This document shows, piece after piece, positions 34,474-47,760 of a stretch of 64,000 bases of DNA (position 1 is the first letter of the stretch; each line of letters starts with the position of its first letter). The position numbers were made by a program, and so were the translations under genes. This DNA is from Octopus bimaculoides (taxonomy: Eukaryota). Under the pieces are notes generated by a model. The model saw only the letters and a list, made by a program, of their open reading frames with translations, was not told where the DNA came from and ran no database searches. The DNA is taken from positions 31,833,462-31,897,461 of the forward strand of contig NC_068988.1 of assembly GCF_001194135.2 (NCBI RefSeq), read 5' to 3'.

Positions 34474-35714
34474 ACTCACACACACACACACGATATATAT
34501 ATANNNNNNNNNNNNNNNNNNNNNNNNNNNNNNNNNNNNNNNNNNNNNNNNNNNNNNNNNNNNNNNNNNNNNNNNNNNNNNNNNNNNNNNNNNNNNNNNN
34601 NNNNNNNNNNNNNNNNNNNNNNNNNNNNNNNNNNNNNNNNNNNNNNNNNNNNNNNNNNNNNNNNNNNNNNNNNNNNNNNNNNNNNNNNNNNNNNNNNNNN
34701 NNNNNNNNNNNNNNNNNNNNNNNNNNNNNNNNNNNNNNNNNNNNNNNNNNNNNNNNNNNNNNNNNNNNNNNNNNNNNNNNNNNNNNNNNNNNNNNNNNNN
34801 NNNNNNNNNNNNNNNNNNNNNNNNNNNNNNNNNNNNNNNNNNNNNNNNNNNNNNNNNNNNNNNNNNNNNNNNNNNNNNNNNNNNNNNNNNNNNNNNNNNN
34901 NNNNNNNNNNNNNNNNNNNNNNNNNNNNNNNNNNNNNNNNNNNNNNNNNNNNNNNNNNNNNNNNNNNNNNNNNNNNNNNNNNNNNNNNNNNNNNNNNNNN
35001 NNNNNNNNNNNNNNNNNNNNNNNNNNNNNNNNNNNNNNNNNNNNNNNNNNNNNNNNNNNNNNNNNNNNNNNNNNNNNNNNNNTATATACATACACACAGA
35101 CATAGCTGCATACATGCATATATATATATATATGCAGATATAACATTATTGTTCTTTCTTACGAAATATATAGAACTGCTAGAAAGCTGTGTCTTGAACC
35201 CGAGACAAAAGATAAGGATTAAGATACAAACAGTATCAAGAATGAGATTTTATAAGGATAGCTTTCCTGAGAAAGGGGACATAGTTCACATGGCTTGTAA
35301 GATCTATTAATTTTCTTACCATGACATGAACTCTAGTAATGGCCGTTGAAAGAGAAATTCCTCCAACTGTATTATATACTTCATATACCATTTATATTTT
35401 AAAAAACACACCGATCTCTATGGATCTTTTAATTGAGATTCTTAACCGCTCTTAATTTCAGTACAGAAAATCATTTTTCACTCCTCTTTTTATCAGCCCT
35501 CTTTTTCACACACTCCCTTCCATACGTATCCTACATGGATTTTATTTACATGTATTTTTATGTATATTTTTATTTTATAAATATTTATAAAAATATTCAT
35601 ATGTGTCGATATGTATACGCATTCATATCTGTCGATATATGTATATGCACTTTCAGTCGAATTTATAAATGTATGAGTATGATTGCCTAATTTGAGTTTA
35701 TACCTTAATCCTTA

Positions 35715-35938
35715 TATATATATATCTTATGTCCGGCATTCGCCATGATAGATCGCTGACCACTACATTTATATATTTTTTTCTCTTTGTTTCTCTCCTT
35801 ATTTGTTTCTGTGTTCCTTTTAGTTGAACAGCGTAGCTCGAAACGTCAAAGACTTTCCCTATTCCCGAGCGTTATACTAATACATTCATTTGTTGTTTAC
35901 ACCACCTGTCTTCGTCTGTTGTTTTCTTCGTAAATTCT
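35715..35938 (+). mobile_element. Dispersed repeat, probably derived from a Penelope terminal repeat, copy 1
   Basis: Aligns with 62000-62176 (CACTACA, GCGTA-GCT-GAAACGT-AAAGACTTT, CGAGCGTTA-ACTAATAC, TACACCACCTGTCTTCGTCT). Carries a hammerhead-like motif. Confidence 0.65.
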
Positions 35939-35942
35939 CTCT

Positions 35943-35994
<52 letters not shown>

Positions 35995-36807
35995 CATATA
36001 TACATATATTTATATATATACATTCATATANNNNNNNNNNNNNNNNNNNNNNNNNNNNNNNNNNNNNNNNNNNNNNNNNNNNNNNNNNNNNNNNATATAT
36101 ATACATGTGTGTGTGCGCGTGCGCACTAAAATGACTAGATATTTTTCCTTCTGATATTGTCACATAACTGTTTCATTTTAGCACAAAGAAAAACGCAGCA
36201 AACATATGGTATATAACATCCGCTTTAACATGACAAGTTAAGTACAGTGGCAAGTGTATGTGACGAAAGCCGTATATATGCTACTGCATACATAATACAT
36301 ATAGAATTAGCAAAAGCTTTATTATTGGCAGTAAGATAAATTTTGTATACCTTCATTTGTGTATACGTTATGTAAATACACTAAGATGCAGGAAATTCAA
36401 ATATGATCTTATTCATAGTATTCTAATATTACTTCTGTCTGCAAGATGAGCAATCAGTACATAAGTGGATCAACTAGTGGAAACTAGAAGAGTTCTTTTA
36501 GATTTGATCTTGCAAACAGACATTGCTGTTGAAACGTTGGGTCTGTTTAGAAAAAGAAGGTGAATATGTATTTATTAGACGCTTAAAAGTGAATCTATGA
36601 AAATATTTCCAATTGATGTATGGATAGTGCCTTTCTAGTGTACACAAAGAAGACACATATATACAATTCCACAAACACGATTGTACAATTACGCACACTC
36701 ACTCACACGGGCGCGCACACACGGGCACAAAGATACAATTACAGGCGCGCACATATATACATGTAATGAGTATACGTGGATATGTATACACATTTTTTCG
36801 ATATCTT

Positions 36808-36940
36808 TCTACCTACCTACCTACCTACCTACCTACCTACCTACCTACCTACCTACCTACCTACCTGCCTGCCCGCCTGCCTGCCTGCCTGCCTGTCTGC
36901 CTGCTTGTCTGTGTGTCTGTCTGTCTGTCTGTCTGTCTGT
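36808..36940. repeat. Compound (CTAC)n-(CTGC)n-(CTGT)n array
   Basis: Directly visible stepwise change of repeat unit. Confidence 0.95.
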
Positions 36941-37123
36941 CATCATCACACTTTATGTCTGTGAGTGAGTGTACGTATAAAACGCTGATATATAATAGAC
37001 ATGCTGATTTCAAATTGCATACAAATGTGTAGAACTCATTTGTATTGAACATGCTGCTATGTCACAAAAAACCATTTCATTTCACTAATTACTGTCTTTA
37101 TTCGCGCGACTACACACCTGTAC

Positions 37124-37163
<40 letters not shown>

Positions 37164-37341
37164 CACACACACACACACATATACACGCACGCACGCACAC
37201 ACAGACACTCATGCACACGGCCATATACGTCTATGTACACACATGTATGTATACATACACATATTGATATACATGTATAAAATAAGTGTTTGTCATCATA
37301 TCTTTGTCACCGGACGCTACGCTTATGTATGTGTGTGTGTT

Positions 37342-37384
<43 letters not shown>

Positions 37385-39087
37385 TTGTATGTTATTATGT
37401 ACATATAGCATACCATCTTCGACTGTCATAGAGAGGAATCTGTTGTTTTTCTTTTGTATGCGCTTTAATAATGTACACGACTGTATCATTGATGACGTAA
37501 ATTCGTCTGAATGACATGACAGGAAGTTCTTTCATTTCCTTTTTTTGTCCAGAAACCATTCCTGCATTGTTTGTATTATTTCAGTAACTTTCATTAGATA
37601 TAGTTATCTAATGTTCAACTAGAATATTTTCCTTGCTCGTTAGTGTTTGGTTTTGTTTTCCTCTGCTATGTGAGGGTATCAACTTCAAACTTGATGAATC
37701 CTGTAGTGTTTAGATAAGTATCATCTAGTGAATGTTAATTTTCTGTTTTGTTATTGACATGTGTACAGTAAGTTTTTTACACATTTTGTTTTGATTTCGT
37801 TATCACCTTTTTCTACGTAAATACATTTGACGTCAAAATGTACAAAACAACTCTTACTTTTAAAGGAAAATATAACTGAAGAAATTTCTTTGAGGAGTAA
37901 ATTCATACGCACTGGGAGTCAAAGTAAAATTATGGAATTACGATAAAGGATGTACGACTGGAAATTGTCAAAATATTAAGAGAATTGGTCTAATATTGGA
38001 AGAGTCGTTATGGTAACAAGATATATTTAGAAAAAGTTTCGTCTCAGGTCATGGCAAATTTAATAGCACCACCTGGAAAGTACATTTAATGATATTTCAC
38101 ATTACTGTCATTCTTTGGGCACCATGGTCAATTGTAGTAAATAGTTATTGTTCCCAAAGATATATCCGGGTGTAGGAGGTTAATCTGGAAATTACAGGAG
38201 ATATTCATCCAGAAACCGTTTGAATGTCATTAGATATTTGTCTTCTCTTATGTTCCTTGTCATGTTAAAGACAGTAGGGCCAGTTAATTTGAAACAATTC
38301 AGCCTTAGTAGTGTTATGAGACGCAATCATACTTTTTATGGAATTTGGATGACAAGGGAAACAAGACATTAGCATAGATAAAGCAACAAATACTAATCAA
38401 GAATATTAAATATTATGAAATCTTGTGGCATATGATAAATATGATACGATATATGCAAATGGATGCACAATTATTATAATAGGAATACTAGTCAAGTGTA
38501 ATATGAAGAAGAGGTCTCCTGAATAGCCCTAAATATAAATAAGGAATTTAGCAATTATGAGCCAACAGAATGATATCGCTTCTCATCTGTGTTATGAACT
38601 GTTCAGAATATCTGCAGGAAAATTGTTCCTAACAAACAAAGACTGTATGGAAAATATCACTAAAAAAATAAGTAATGAAAGAATCGCTGCTAAAATACAA
38701 CGATATCACCATTTTATAACCGTTTTCATATCTTTGAGTGTAGGGTTCTACTCAATTAGTGTGCCAGCCGTGGGGATGAGCTGTGTGGATGTTTGCTAGG
38801 TACCTTTGTGTTCGTGTTCTTCACCATGATTCGTTTTTGTGCTTGGTGTGCTGACAGTGTTGAGATAGGGAATGTAAGTGAAATCGTCCCGAATGATGGT
38901 AGATAAACATTAACAAATGTAGCTGATTAAGCGAATGACGGAACGGTTAATCAAGCAATCGATTGAATGTTAACCATGTGAGTAATAATAACAGGAGTGA
39001 AACAGAACCAGTGCATGTATTTATTATTGGTACAATGACGCTTCTAAGATGAAACTAAATCTGTTCAACAATGAACATATACATTAT

Positions 39088-39230
39088 CTACATTTGACGG
39101 ATATTTTCTCCTCATCTTGTTTGTTGTCAACACAACATTTCGACTGATGTACTCTTTTCAGACTTCTTCAAGTATATTGAGAAAATTTCGAGCGTGGGTT
39201 CTTATTTGGAAGGTGTTTTTCGATCTTCTT
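39088..39230 (-). mobile_element. Inverted Penelope terminal-repeat segment with a decayed minimal hammerhead ribozyme
   Basis: Minus strand 39177-39129: ATATAC-TTGAAGA-A-GTCTG-(12 nt)-CAGTC-GAAA-TGTT-GTGTT. It lies directly upstream of, and opposite to, a Penelope ORF remnant. Confidence 0.6.
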
Positions 39231-39235
39231 CTTCA

Positions 39236-39550
39236 CGAAGAAATGATCAAGCACAGTAACAATATATTAAGCAACAACTACCCCAAAAACATACTATTCA
39301 CTCCAATGATGAAGAAAAGAGTGGATGAAACCAATAAACTATCCACAGTCTGTCTACCCTATGTGAAAGGTCTCTCCGAAAAGATACAAAAGATATGCGG
39401 CCCTTAGGATATCAGGACAGTATTCAAGAGTAATACAACACTTCGCAAATATCTCCTTCGAGTAAAACCACCAATAGAAGAGATTATGACCAGAAACTAC
39501 ATGTATTTCATCCCACCCCGCAGGATCTTTAGAGGAATTGAATATTAGCG
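39236..39550 (+). mobile_element. Penelope/Poseidon-type ORF remnant (RT C-terminus to the start of GIY-YIG)
   Basis: In frame across one stop: LSNNYPKNIL...STVCLPYVKGLSEKIQKICGP*DIRTVFKSNTTLRKYLLRVKPPIEEIMTRNYMYFIP. Confidence 0.88.
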
Positions 39551-42257
39551 ACGAAAGCAGTATAAATAAGGAATAGCAATTTTTATACCATAATTAGCGT
39601 GGATAGGGTCCTGAGATATTTGCAATCAGAGAACCTCTAATACAAGAATAAGATTCGTATTACATCGCTGATATCAGAACCCCTCATATCAGCACACATG
39701 ATCTTCATCAGTATCAGGCGTACACGCACCACATTCCAGCCATTCGGTGCTAAAACTGCCCTCTTGAAAATATGAAATATTTTCCAAACCTTTCGGATAT
39801 TCGCTTCATTGTTAGCTGCTTACTCACTGTGTTTCTATATATGGTTGGCAGAGGGATTTGTCAGGCAAGCGGTGAGAGAGCGCCTGCAATCGATGAAGCT
39901 TTTATACACAAAAATAACGTGAACTAGCAGTTCGCCACACTCCCGTGCCTGCTAAGAACATATCAGCGTATTTTTTGTACTATATAGTTTTTCTATGAGT
40001 ATCTCTCCAGGTGAAGGCCGCAGTAAAACAGTATTCTAACAACACATCCACGTTAAGTAGAATACATACAGAGACACACATATATAATCATTATTTAACG
40101 TATGTTTGTATGTATGTATGTATGTATATATGTATGCATGAATGTGTGTATGTATGTACGTATGTATGCATATTTGAACATGTGTACGTAGTTAGCTCAT
40201 AGTAATCAAATGTCTGCGCTCTACATTAGATCACTCGCTCCATCAAATTCACTTTGCCTGCAAGGTGCACGGTGTGCCACATGTGACATATGCACCCCCT
40301 CAACACACACTCACGTGCAAGGAAGCTTTATTCTTATATCAGTTTTAATGTGAACGTTTATTTACACACTAATATCGTTGGTTTGCTAATCGTGAGGATC
40401 CATTTCTGCGATTTGATACGATACTTCACTAGTTTTGTCACTTAAAGAAAAAAAAAATTATATCTGCAAGTTGTCCATTTGTAGTCACAGGAAACAATAT
40501 TCTTAACGAACTTATGTGGGTTATTGGAAATCCAAATGATGCAAACTGGCTTCCGTTGTTTTCATCCGTTTAATGAGAAACAAAATACGAATGAGTAGAG
40601 CTGCAATGTGAACTACAATTCCGTGCTATGTGACATCATGATGGGTTTATCAGAAACTGAGGAGTTGGTTATGTGTAGCATTTTATCAGCCATATTAGAG
40701 CATGGATTTATGACCTGTTGCTATCTTGCATTTTCCCTTGCAAAGTGCACCTAATACTGCGTTGTTATACCGCGTATCCCTATTGTAAGACATTTCTTTG
40801 TGACTTGAAATATATTATGGCTGCTATGTTAAGCAACTGGAGAAGCTGCGAAGAGGTTCCATCTTTGTATGATATTTCTCCACGACCTCACAAGTGCCAT
40901 TATATTAGCAAAGAATATGTTCTTGTTTTTTTTGTTGTTTAATCGGGAGAGGATGTATCGATCATAAATCTGATTAAATGACTTAATCGTGAGTGTCCCA
41001 TTGTTTTAGATGTAATACACTGTCCTTCCACTATTTTCAAATGAATGATTTAGTTGATATCTCTAGAAGATCTAGTAACCAGAAGGACATTACCTGGTCA
41101 CTCTTATAACAGAAATTATAGAGTGAACTCTTCATATCGACAGAGCCTCTTTCTAATTCACCGTACGAGATATTATTCATGTGTATTCACTGGTAATACT
41201 ATCCAAAAACAGAAAAAAATATATAATATATTATACCCAGGGCTGGTAATATGAAATTTGATTAATTGTTCTTATCTATTTTCTTAAAATTATTAGAACA
41301 TTACATTTAATAAATATTTCTCAATCCGAAATTCATTTAACTGTAATCTACAAGATTTCTTCGAGTACAACGTATCGCAAATTATTTTGGAAGGACATAA
41401 TTTGAAATCTACGTTGAGAGAACAAAACTGTCCAATAGCTTGCAAAATGAATTATTGGAACAGTGATAAAATTTCAGTTCATCATCAAATCTGAATCGGA
41501 TATTCTGCAAACGGGTAATGCAACGTTTATACAACCCCGTACACAACAATATAATAAATATTTGGCGTAAAACAAATATAATTATTAATTGGAATAGGAC
41601 ATCATACATATAGTTTCATGTCCTATCACACGCAGGATAAAACTACACTGATTTCCCAATGAAAAGGAATGCGTTAATATCGTTGTTAACAAACCAGATA
41701 TATTGATAGCTGACTTCTTCATTATTAGTAAAGTCAAAACTAAGAATCATGATTATCCAGTGTAATCATTTGTAAACTCTTCCGGACGTATTAAACTACT
41801 TATAGACTTCAGATATAATGTCTCATCAGAATATATCATCATGATATATAATGATTTAACATATCGAAGTAAATACTTCTACATCATTAAGATCTTCAGA
41901 AGTGATAATTATGTATGTTTCATCAAGTCAAGTTTAACATTTTCCCCTGAAGTCCATCTTTGGGTTCTTATTAAGTTTCCGTGTAAATTAACGGCTTCAC
42001 GCTTCACATATTTTAAACCGTACAGTCTCTTTTGATTTTATCTCTTCCTTACAGCTATTATCCCTTGTCTTTGGTTCATCTTCGTAGGAAGTATCTCTCT
42101 AGATATTTTAGAAGTCATTATAGAACATCAAAAACAATCACAAAGACGCAAAATATCAGCAAAAATAAAATGTTTTGATATGTTATTAAAATGTTTGTGC
42201 TCAACATATATATTTATAAATTGAAAGTACAATACAAATATAAGTTTCACTGCCGCT

Positions 42258-42394
42258 GTCTCTGTCTGTCTGCCTGCCTGCCTGTCTGTCTGCCTGCCTG
42301 CCTGCCTGCCTGTCTGTCTGCCTGCCTGTCTGTCTGCCTGCCTGCCTGTCTGTCTGTCTGACTGCCTGCCTGCTTGTCTCTGTCTCTGTCTCTG
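42258..42394. repeat. (CTGC/CTGT)n array
   Basis: Directly visible. Confidence 0.95.
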
Positions 42395-42456
42395 CATATA
42401 TTACAAATTAAAAGGGTAGNNNNNNNNNNATATATATATATATATATATATATATA

Positions 42457-42740
42457 CCTGTCATCGCCACAGATGGAGGAAGTAGGTTTCGTAGGGGATT
42501 GGGAACACATGTTCTGCATGAAGAATTTAAGCGTGCTGTTCAAAAGCGCACTGCTAGTGTAGTGAATGGGAAAACCCTGGTTTGCAATGTTTGCAGTCGT
42601 GTATGCTTGTCAAGAGCAGGGCTCATTAGCCACCAACGGAGCCGCAAATGCAAAATATGAGTAAGTCCTAGATCGCACAATGTTCCTAAAGTTGAGCAAT
42701 AGTCTTCGTCGGTCACGAGTGGACGGCCATCATCATTATC
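42457..42740 (+). mobile_element. 3' end of an RTE-clade LINE (C-terminal zinc finger, 3'UTR, ATC-type tail)
   Basis: Open frame 42457-42660 ...KRAVQKRTASVVNGKTLVCNVCSRVCLSRAGLISHQRSRKCKI*, with the RTE-type CxxC-x3-C-SRxGLxSH terminus. The short UTR ends in CCATCATCATTATC. Confidence 0.85.
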
Positions 42741-44161
42741 ATGTGTGTGCGTGTGTGTGTGTGCGTGTGCGCGTGTGTAAATGTGTGTATTAATATATTA
42801 ACATATGATCCTACATTAATATGCATTAGTATATTGCGTATACTGCTCCCCAGCTCCTTCATTATAAATCAATTATATTATAATGAATCAGGATATGTTA
42901 TTAAGGCCACGCCGTTTAACTAGACTGGTTTCAAATACCTAATTCCCACATTTTTTCTTGCTTGGCATTCGTTGTGATTTTTATGTCAGGATATTACACA
43001 GACTTCGCATTGTTTGGATACGAATTATGTATAGTGTTCGCAAAATTCTCGTACCGATACTAAACACTCTATTTACTCTGTAATGTGATAAGTTTGACAT
43101 GTTTGTCATTGTAAAATATTTAGCGATCAAAGCACTACGATTTTAGAACCATTACTAGATATTGCAAATGGTGTCTTCCTTTGCCATAAAATAGTGTGAT
43201 CAATCTGCAGGAGTACTACTGCGAAATGTGAATGCATTTCTTATGCCATTCGGGATGTAGTAGAATCGAAAGTAGTACTACGATGTAGCACTGCACTTAA
43301 ATTGATATAGTTGTCATTAAATTGAAACTTTCTTGGACATACTAATTTTGTAGTGTCATTACACAATTCCACGCTCTATTCAATTCTTAGGATTAATATA
43401 ATATAAGTTTTTTCATTCACACTCCTTCATATTTATACGTTAGTTAGACCTTAGAGAAACAATGAAATTTCACTGGAATGTACCAATTTATAAATAGTTC
43501 AACAGCTTAAACATGATTGGCATATCTCTGTCATGTTAAGTCATTTGCTCATGTGGAGTGGGTCAGCGTACGACAAATTTAGGGGAAATACTAGAGAATT
43601 CTTAGCAAAAGACGAACCAAATATCCCGGAGCCAAAAGACTGAAGCACCCTTCTTCGAGATAATGCAATTATAAATATAACAAAAGCATTTCTAAATTTC
43701 TCTAATTATCTATGTCTGTGAGATCCCTGGCTTTAAAAAGAGGATGACAATAGAGAGGAAAGTGTTATCGAATGAATGTTTTAATAAAAAAATGGGTAAA
43801 TGTGGCAAGAATGGTAAGTACGAAAGACGACACCAGTTAAAGCATAAGCATGTAAGAAAAAGAGACAAAGAGAGAAATGGGCTTACTTTCATGTACCTTT
43901 TTAAAAAATTGCCTAAGGTGAACCTGGTCTTTTCCGTAGACTTTTTTCTCCACGGATAAACATAATATGTTGCCCCATTTTACATTGACTGCGATACACG
44001 ATCCCCATTGATCGGCTTTTCCCTTTTGATCGAAATTCTACCCCACTTCCTTTTTCTTTCCCCAAAAGAAAAGCCCATACATTGTATTTTGTCCACTTTC
44101 TGTATTTAGCCCTGCGTGGCCATAATAAAAAGATATCTATCTATTTATCCACACCCAAACG

Positions 44162-44165
<4 letters not shown>

Positions 44166-44258
<93 letters not shown>

Positions 44259-44270
44259 GTGTATATATAT
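44166..44270. repeat. Long gap-free (TA)n array
   Basis: Directly visible. Confidence 0.95.
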
Positions 44271-44984
44271 ATGCATTTATATGAACATACATATACACAA
44301 ATACGAATACACATTCGCTCATATGTATAAGATCACATTTATAGAATTTGCAATAACTTGTGCTTGCAATAATATTTCATACTATTTTTCTTATACTACT
44401 GTGTAACAGATTTAGCTATATCTGTGGCCCAAAGGAATACATATTTCACACATATATCAAGATAATGGACACATCATATTTTTAAATTCTGTCACAATTT
44501 TCTCGATGCCAGAATAAATTGACAAGTGACATTGATGCTAAATATATAACTCGTTTGCCCGAGTTAGAAAATAGAGATGGCAAAGCAATGCATTGTATAT
44601 ACAAGATCTATTTATTTAAAGAATACAATTATGGAATTCATTAGGTAAAATATAAATGCTTGTTTGAAACCGAAAGAGATATTTGGTTTCAATTTAGGGC
44701 AGTATCTTGAAAGAATATGATGATGTTGCAAACACTGAGCGAACGGCGGTTAACTTGTTATGCAATGTTTTAGAAGGATAATAATTTTCACAATCAATGA
44801 AGAAGAGTGCCAGTCAAAAACTGGAAACGGTTGCGGTGGACTACATCCAAACTAGAAAAATAATTGGGATCGGGCGATTATGCACTAGATAAGAAACAGG
44901 AAAAAGAAACAGGGTGTAGTGAATGAGAGAATAGTAAAGTACCAGATGAAGTGATTTGTAGTATTTTAGCTATCTTCAATAGCT

Positions 44985-45176
44985 CCGAGGTTGCAGAATC
45001 GTTAATATATCGAACTATTGCATACCACGGCTTCTTTCACTTCTTTACATCCAAAGTTCAAATCCCACCGAGGTCGACTTTACATTCCATCCTTTCGGAG
45101 TTGATAGATAAAATAAGTACCAACTGATCCCTGGTGTCTATGTAATCATCTGACCCACTTCCCATTAAAATTTGCT
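44985..45176 (+). mobile_element. Family C SINE, diverged
   Basis: GCAGAATCGTTA...AAGTTCAAATCCCACCGAGGTCGACTTTACATTCCATCCTTTCGGAGTTGATA...AAATAAGTACCA. Confidence 0.8.
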
Positions 45177-46266
45177 AAAAGTAAAAAGGACTACTTTTGC
45201 TTTGTGTAATTTTGTTATAGCGTTTGTTTAAATAATCGCTTCCACCTTATTGTACCTTAATATTCGTATTTATCAACATCCTGCGAATGTATATTAAATG
45301 TTAGCTGACGTTTCAGCGTTTTGAAAAACATTCAGCGTAACTATTAGAAAGTTGTAATGAGTTAATATGTCTGCAAATGCGATGTATGAACAACACTCGT
45401 GTATCGCTCGGGGATATAATACGCTACGGTGATGCTCTAATCAGTCGTTATGAAATTATATCCATCCGATAGATTTGTAAGTTTCCCCTTCCAAATGTAC
45501 TTGTTCTTAGATAAACTGCTAGGTATCTTTTTGTTTTCTTTTTAGATCTCTGACACGGCTAGAACGCCATTTTTTTTCGGAATTAGTTGAATGCAAAATC
45601 TCTCAAAATTATGTTCTTCAACCCCAATTAGCTGACTGCATAACCTCTCAACATGATGTTCTTCAACCTTATTGTTATCTTCTCTTTCAAACCTGAAACA
45701 TAACATCTCTAGAACTCACTCGCAGCGCTTATTGTTGTACGTTCTTGTTAGAAATTCAATACTTTGGAATCCCCTTAACCATTCCAATTTGACAAAGTGA
45801 TATAACATGGCACATGATTCGAAACTGAACAGTAATCTTCTATGGCATGCAATCGTTCTAACCACTGCATCTTCTTCATTGATTAATCTAACAAATATAA
45901 GTCATATTTCATCTGTTTGAATGTCTTCATTTCGATGAGTAATTGAGAAGTGTAAATAAGTAATTTTGATAATTAAGACAATTAGGGACTTTTCAAGTAA
46001 TCATTCTATTCGAGGTACGATGCTTTCCAATGTTTACACCGCTGAATACCCGTATATCTTTCTCAGTCGGCTGGAAGCTAGTGAGGGGTTGTACAACAAA
46101 AGCGATGCTGCAACTGAGGCTCTTGAAGATCACTTTTAAGAAAGGTTTAATTAATGTAGGCTTCGCATGTACCTCTTTTGATTTAGCTGACTAATCTTTT
46201 ATATGAAGCTTGCAATGATCTTGGATTGATATGGCAAAGAGACACACGCGCAGATGTGCGTAAGCT

Positions 46267-46304
<38 letters not shown>

Positions 46305-47659
46305 GTGTGTGGGTATGCGTGTGTGTGTATATATATGTGTGTGTAAAACAGTTAATTATGAACGATATTACTTTATAGAAGTTAAAAGAAAAGGAGAAAA
46401 TAGTGTGTGCACCATTTAAAGACCCTACAATATCGCGTGAGTCGAGAATCAAGAAGTGCGGTAATTCCAGTATAGAATGGGTGTCAGAATTTTCTATCTC
46501 AATTTCATATGCCTCACATCGCTGGTTTAGCAGATAAGAAGGCAACATAGTAGTGCTTTGTGAACTTGAGGGAGTATAAGAGAACCAGTAAACCTGAGAA
46601 CAAAACAAACGAACTAAATAAATAATTTATCATCAATGACTGAGACGGAAACAGGTGAAGTGTTATTGGTTCCTGTCTGGGCTTAGTCTCACGTGATTTC
46701 AGGGATTATATATTCTACATTTTCGTGTGACAAAATATTCCAGTCCGCAGCTTTTGTGTGTAAAATACATCCTTCCGATTTCCAAGTGACATGAACAGAT
46801 TACCTGAAACTGTGTATTGATATAATATTACTTCTTTAGATGCAGACACCACATCGATCGTTTGGAGGTAGGCTGGAATTTGTGGTCAAATGAATAGAAA
46901 ATTTCAAACATTCCCTTCCCTGGTGTATAATGAAGCTTCCCAAAACGGATTTTAATAATGCACACAAAGGAGTAACCTAAAATGCATTACATCTAAGTTT
47001 TAGACATGTTTAGACTTATGTTTAATCATGAGAAAATTCAAAGATGGACCTGAGGAATAGCAACGATGAGTATTCAGTAAACCAGTTTTAGTTCCAATAA
47101 CACGGCTGTAAAAAAAGATATTTCTTCACCCAAATAAATCTCCTTCTATAGATATACAGCCACATACAATTTAATGGACAGGTATTATGTATAATGTCGA
47201 ATGGACACGAGTATTTATATCATTATTCTTTAGACACTGAATTCTATCCTTCCAAGTTTTGTTTCTGCTGGTGTGCATTACATTCGAAGTAGTAATCTTC
47301 AGGGAATTCAGTTCGAGATGTTAGAACAAAATACAAAATGAAGGCATGTTATGTGATACGTGAAGTCTCAGATATTGTATCCATTTACCCATCGCCAAGC
47401 AAGAGTGAGATAGTAAGCATTTGACGATGTAGCCTGAAACAGATATATTATATGTATCTTTCTGTTCTATATTAAAGGAACGCGTGTGAATATTTTACAT
47501 TTCTCTGTAGTAAAACAAATTGTACATACTAAAATAATACCAGTCGAGTTACACTTAATCGTATAATGTAAGTGCATGTTATACATTAAATGATTTTAAA
47601 GAACAAAAAGAAGTAACTAATCCCATTGTTTGAACACACACATACATTCATAGGAAAGT

Positions 47660-47760
47660 ATTTGAGTGGTTAAGCATACAGGTTCCAGACCACGAACCCA
47701 CGGGTTCGATTCCACGACGTGACACATTTACAAAAGTATTTACCATAGACTAGGTTCCCT
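47660..47760 (+). mobile_element. Degenerate tRNA-derived SINE head (family A-like)
   Basis: A-box-like TGAGTGGTTAAG and B-box GGTTCGATTCC; no cloverleaf acceptor stem. Confidence 0.5.

Noticed and set aside
38064-38076. Second CTCF-like motif TAGCACCACCTGG
   Set aside because: It mismatches the core on both sides and is much weaker than the site at 16548.
45301-45340. Minus-strand GAAACGTCAG, a hammerhead-like 3' half
   Set aside because: There is no CUGANGA core and no credible stem II.
46840-46867. 28-nt candidate micro-exon (TTCTTTAG ... GAG|GTAGGC)
   Set aside because: It is too short to assess and on the opposite strand from the neighbouring candidate; chance is likely.
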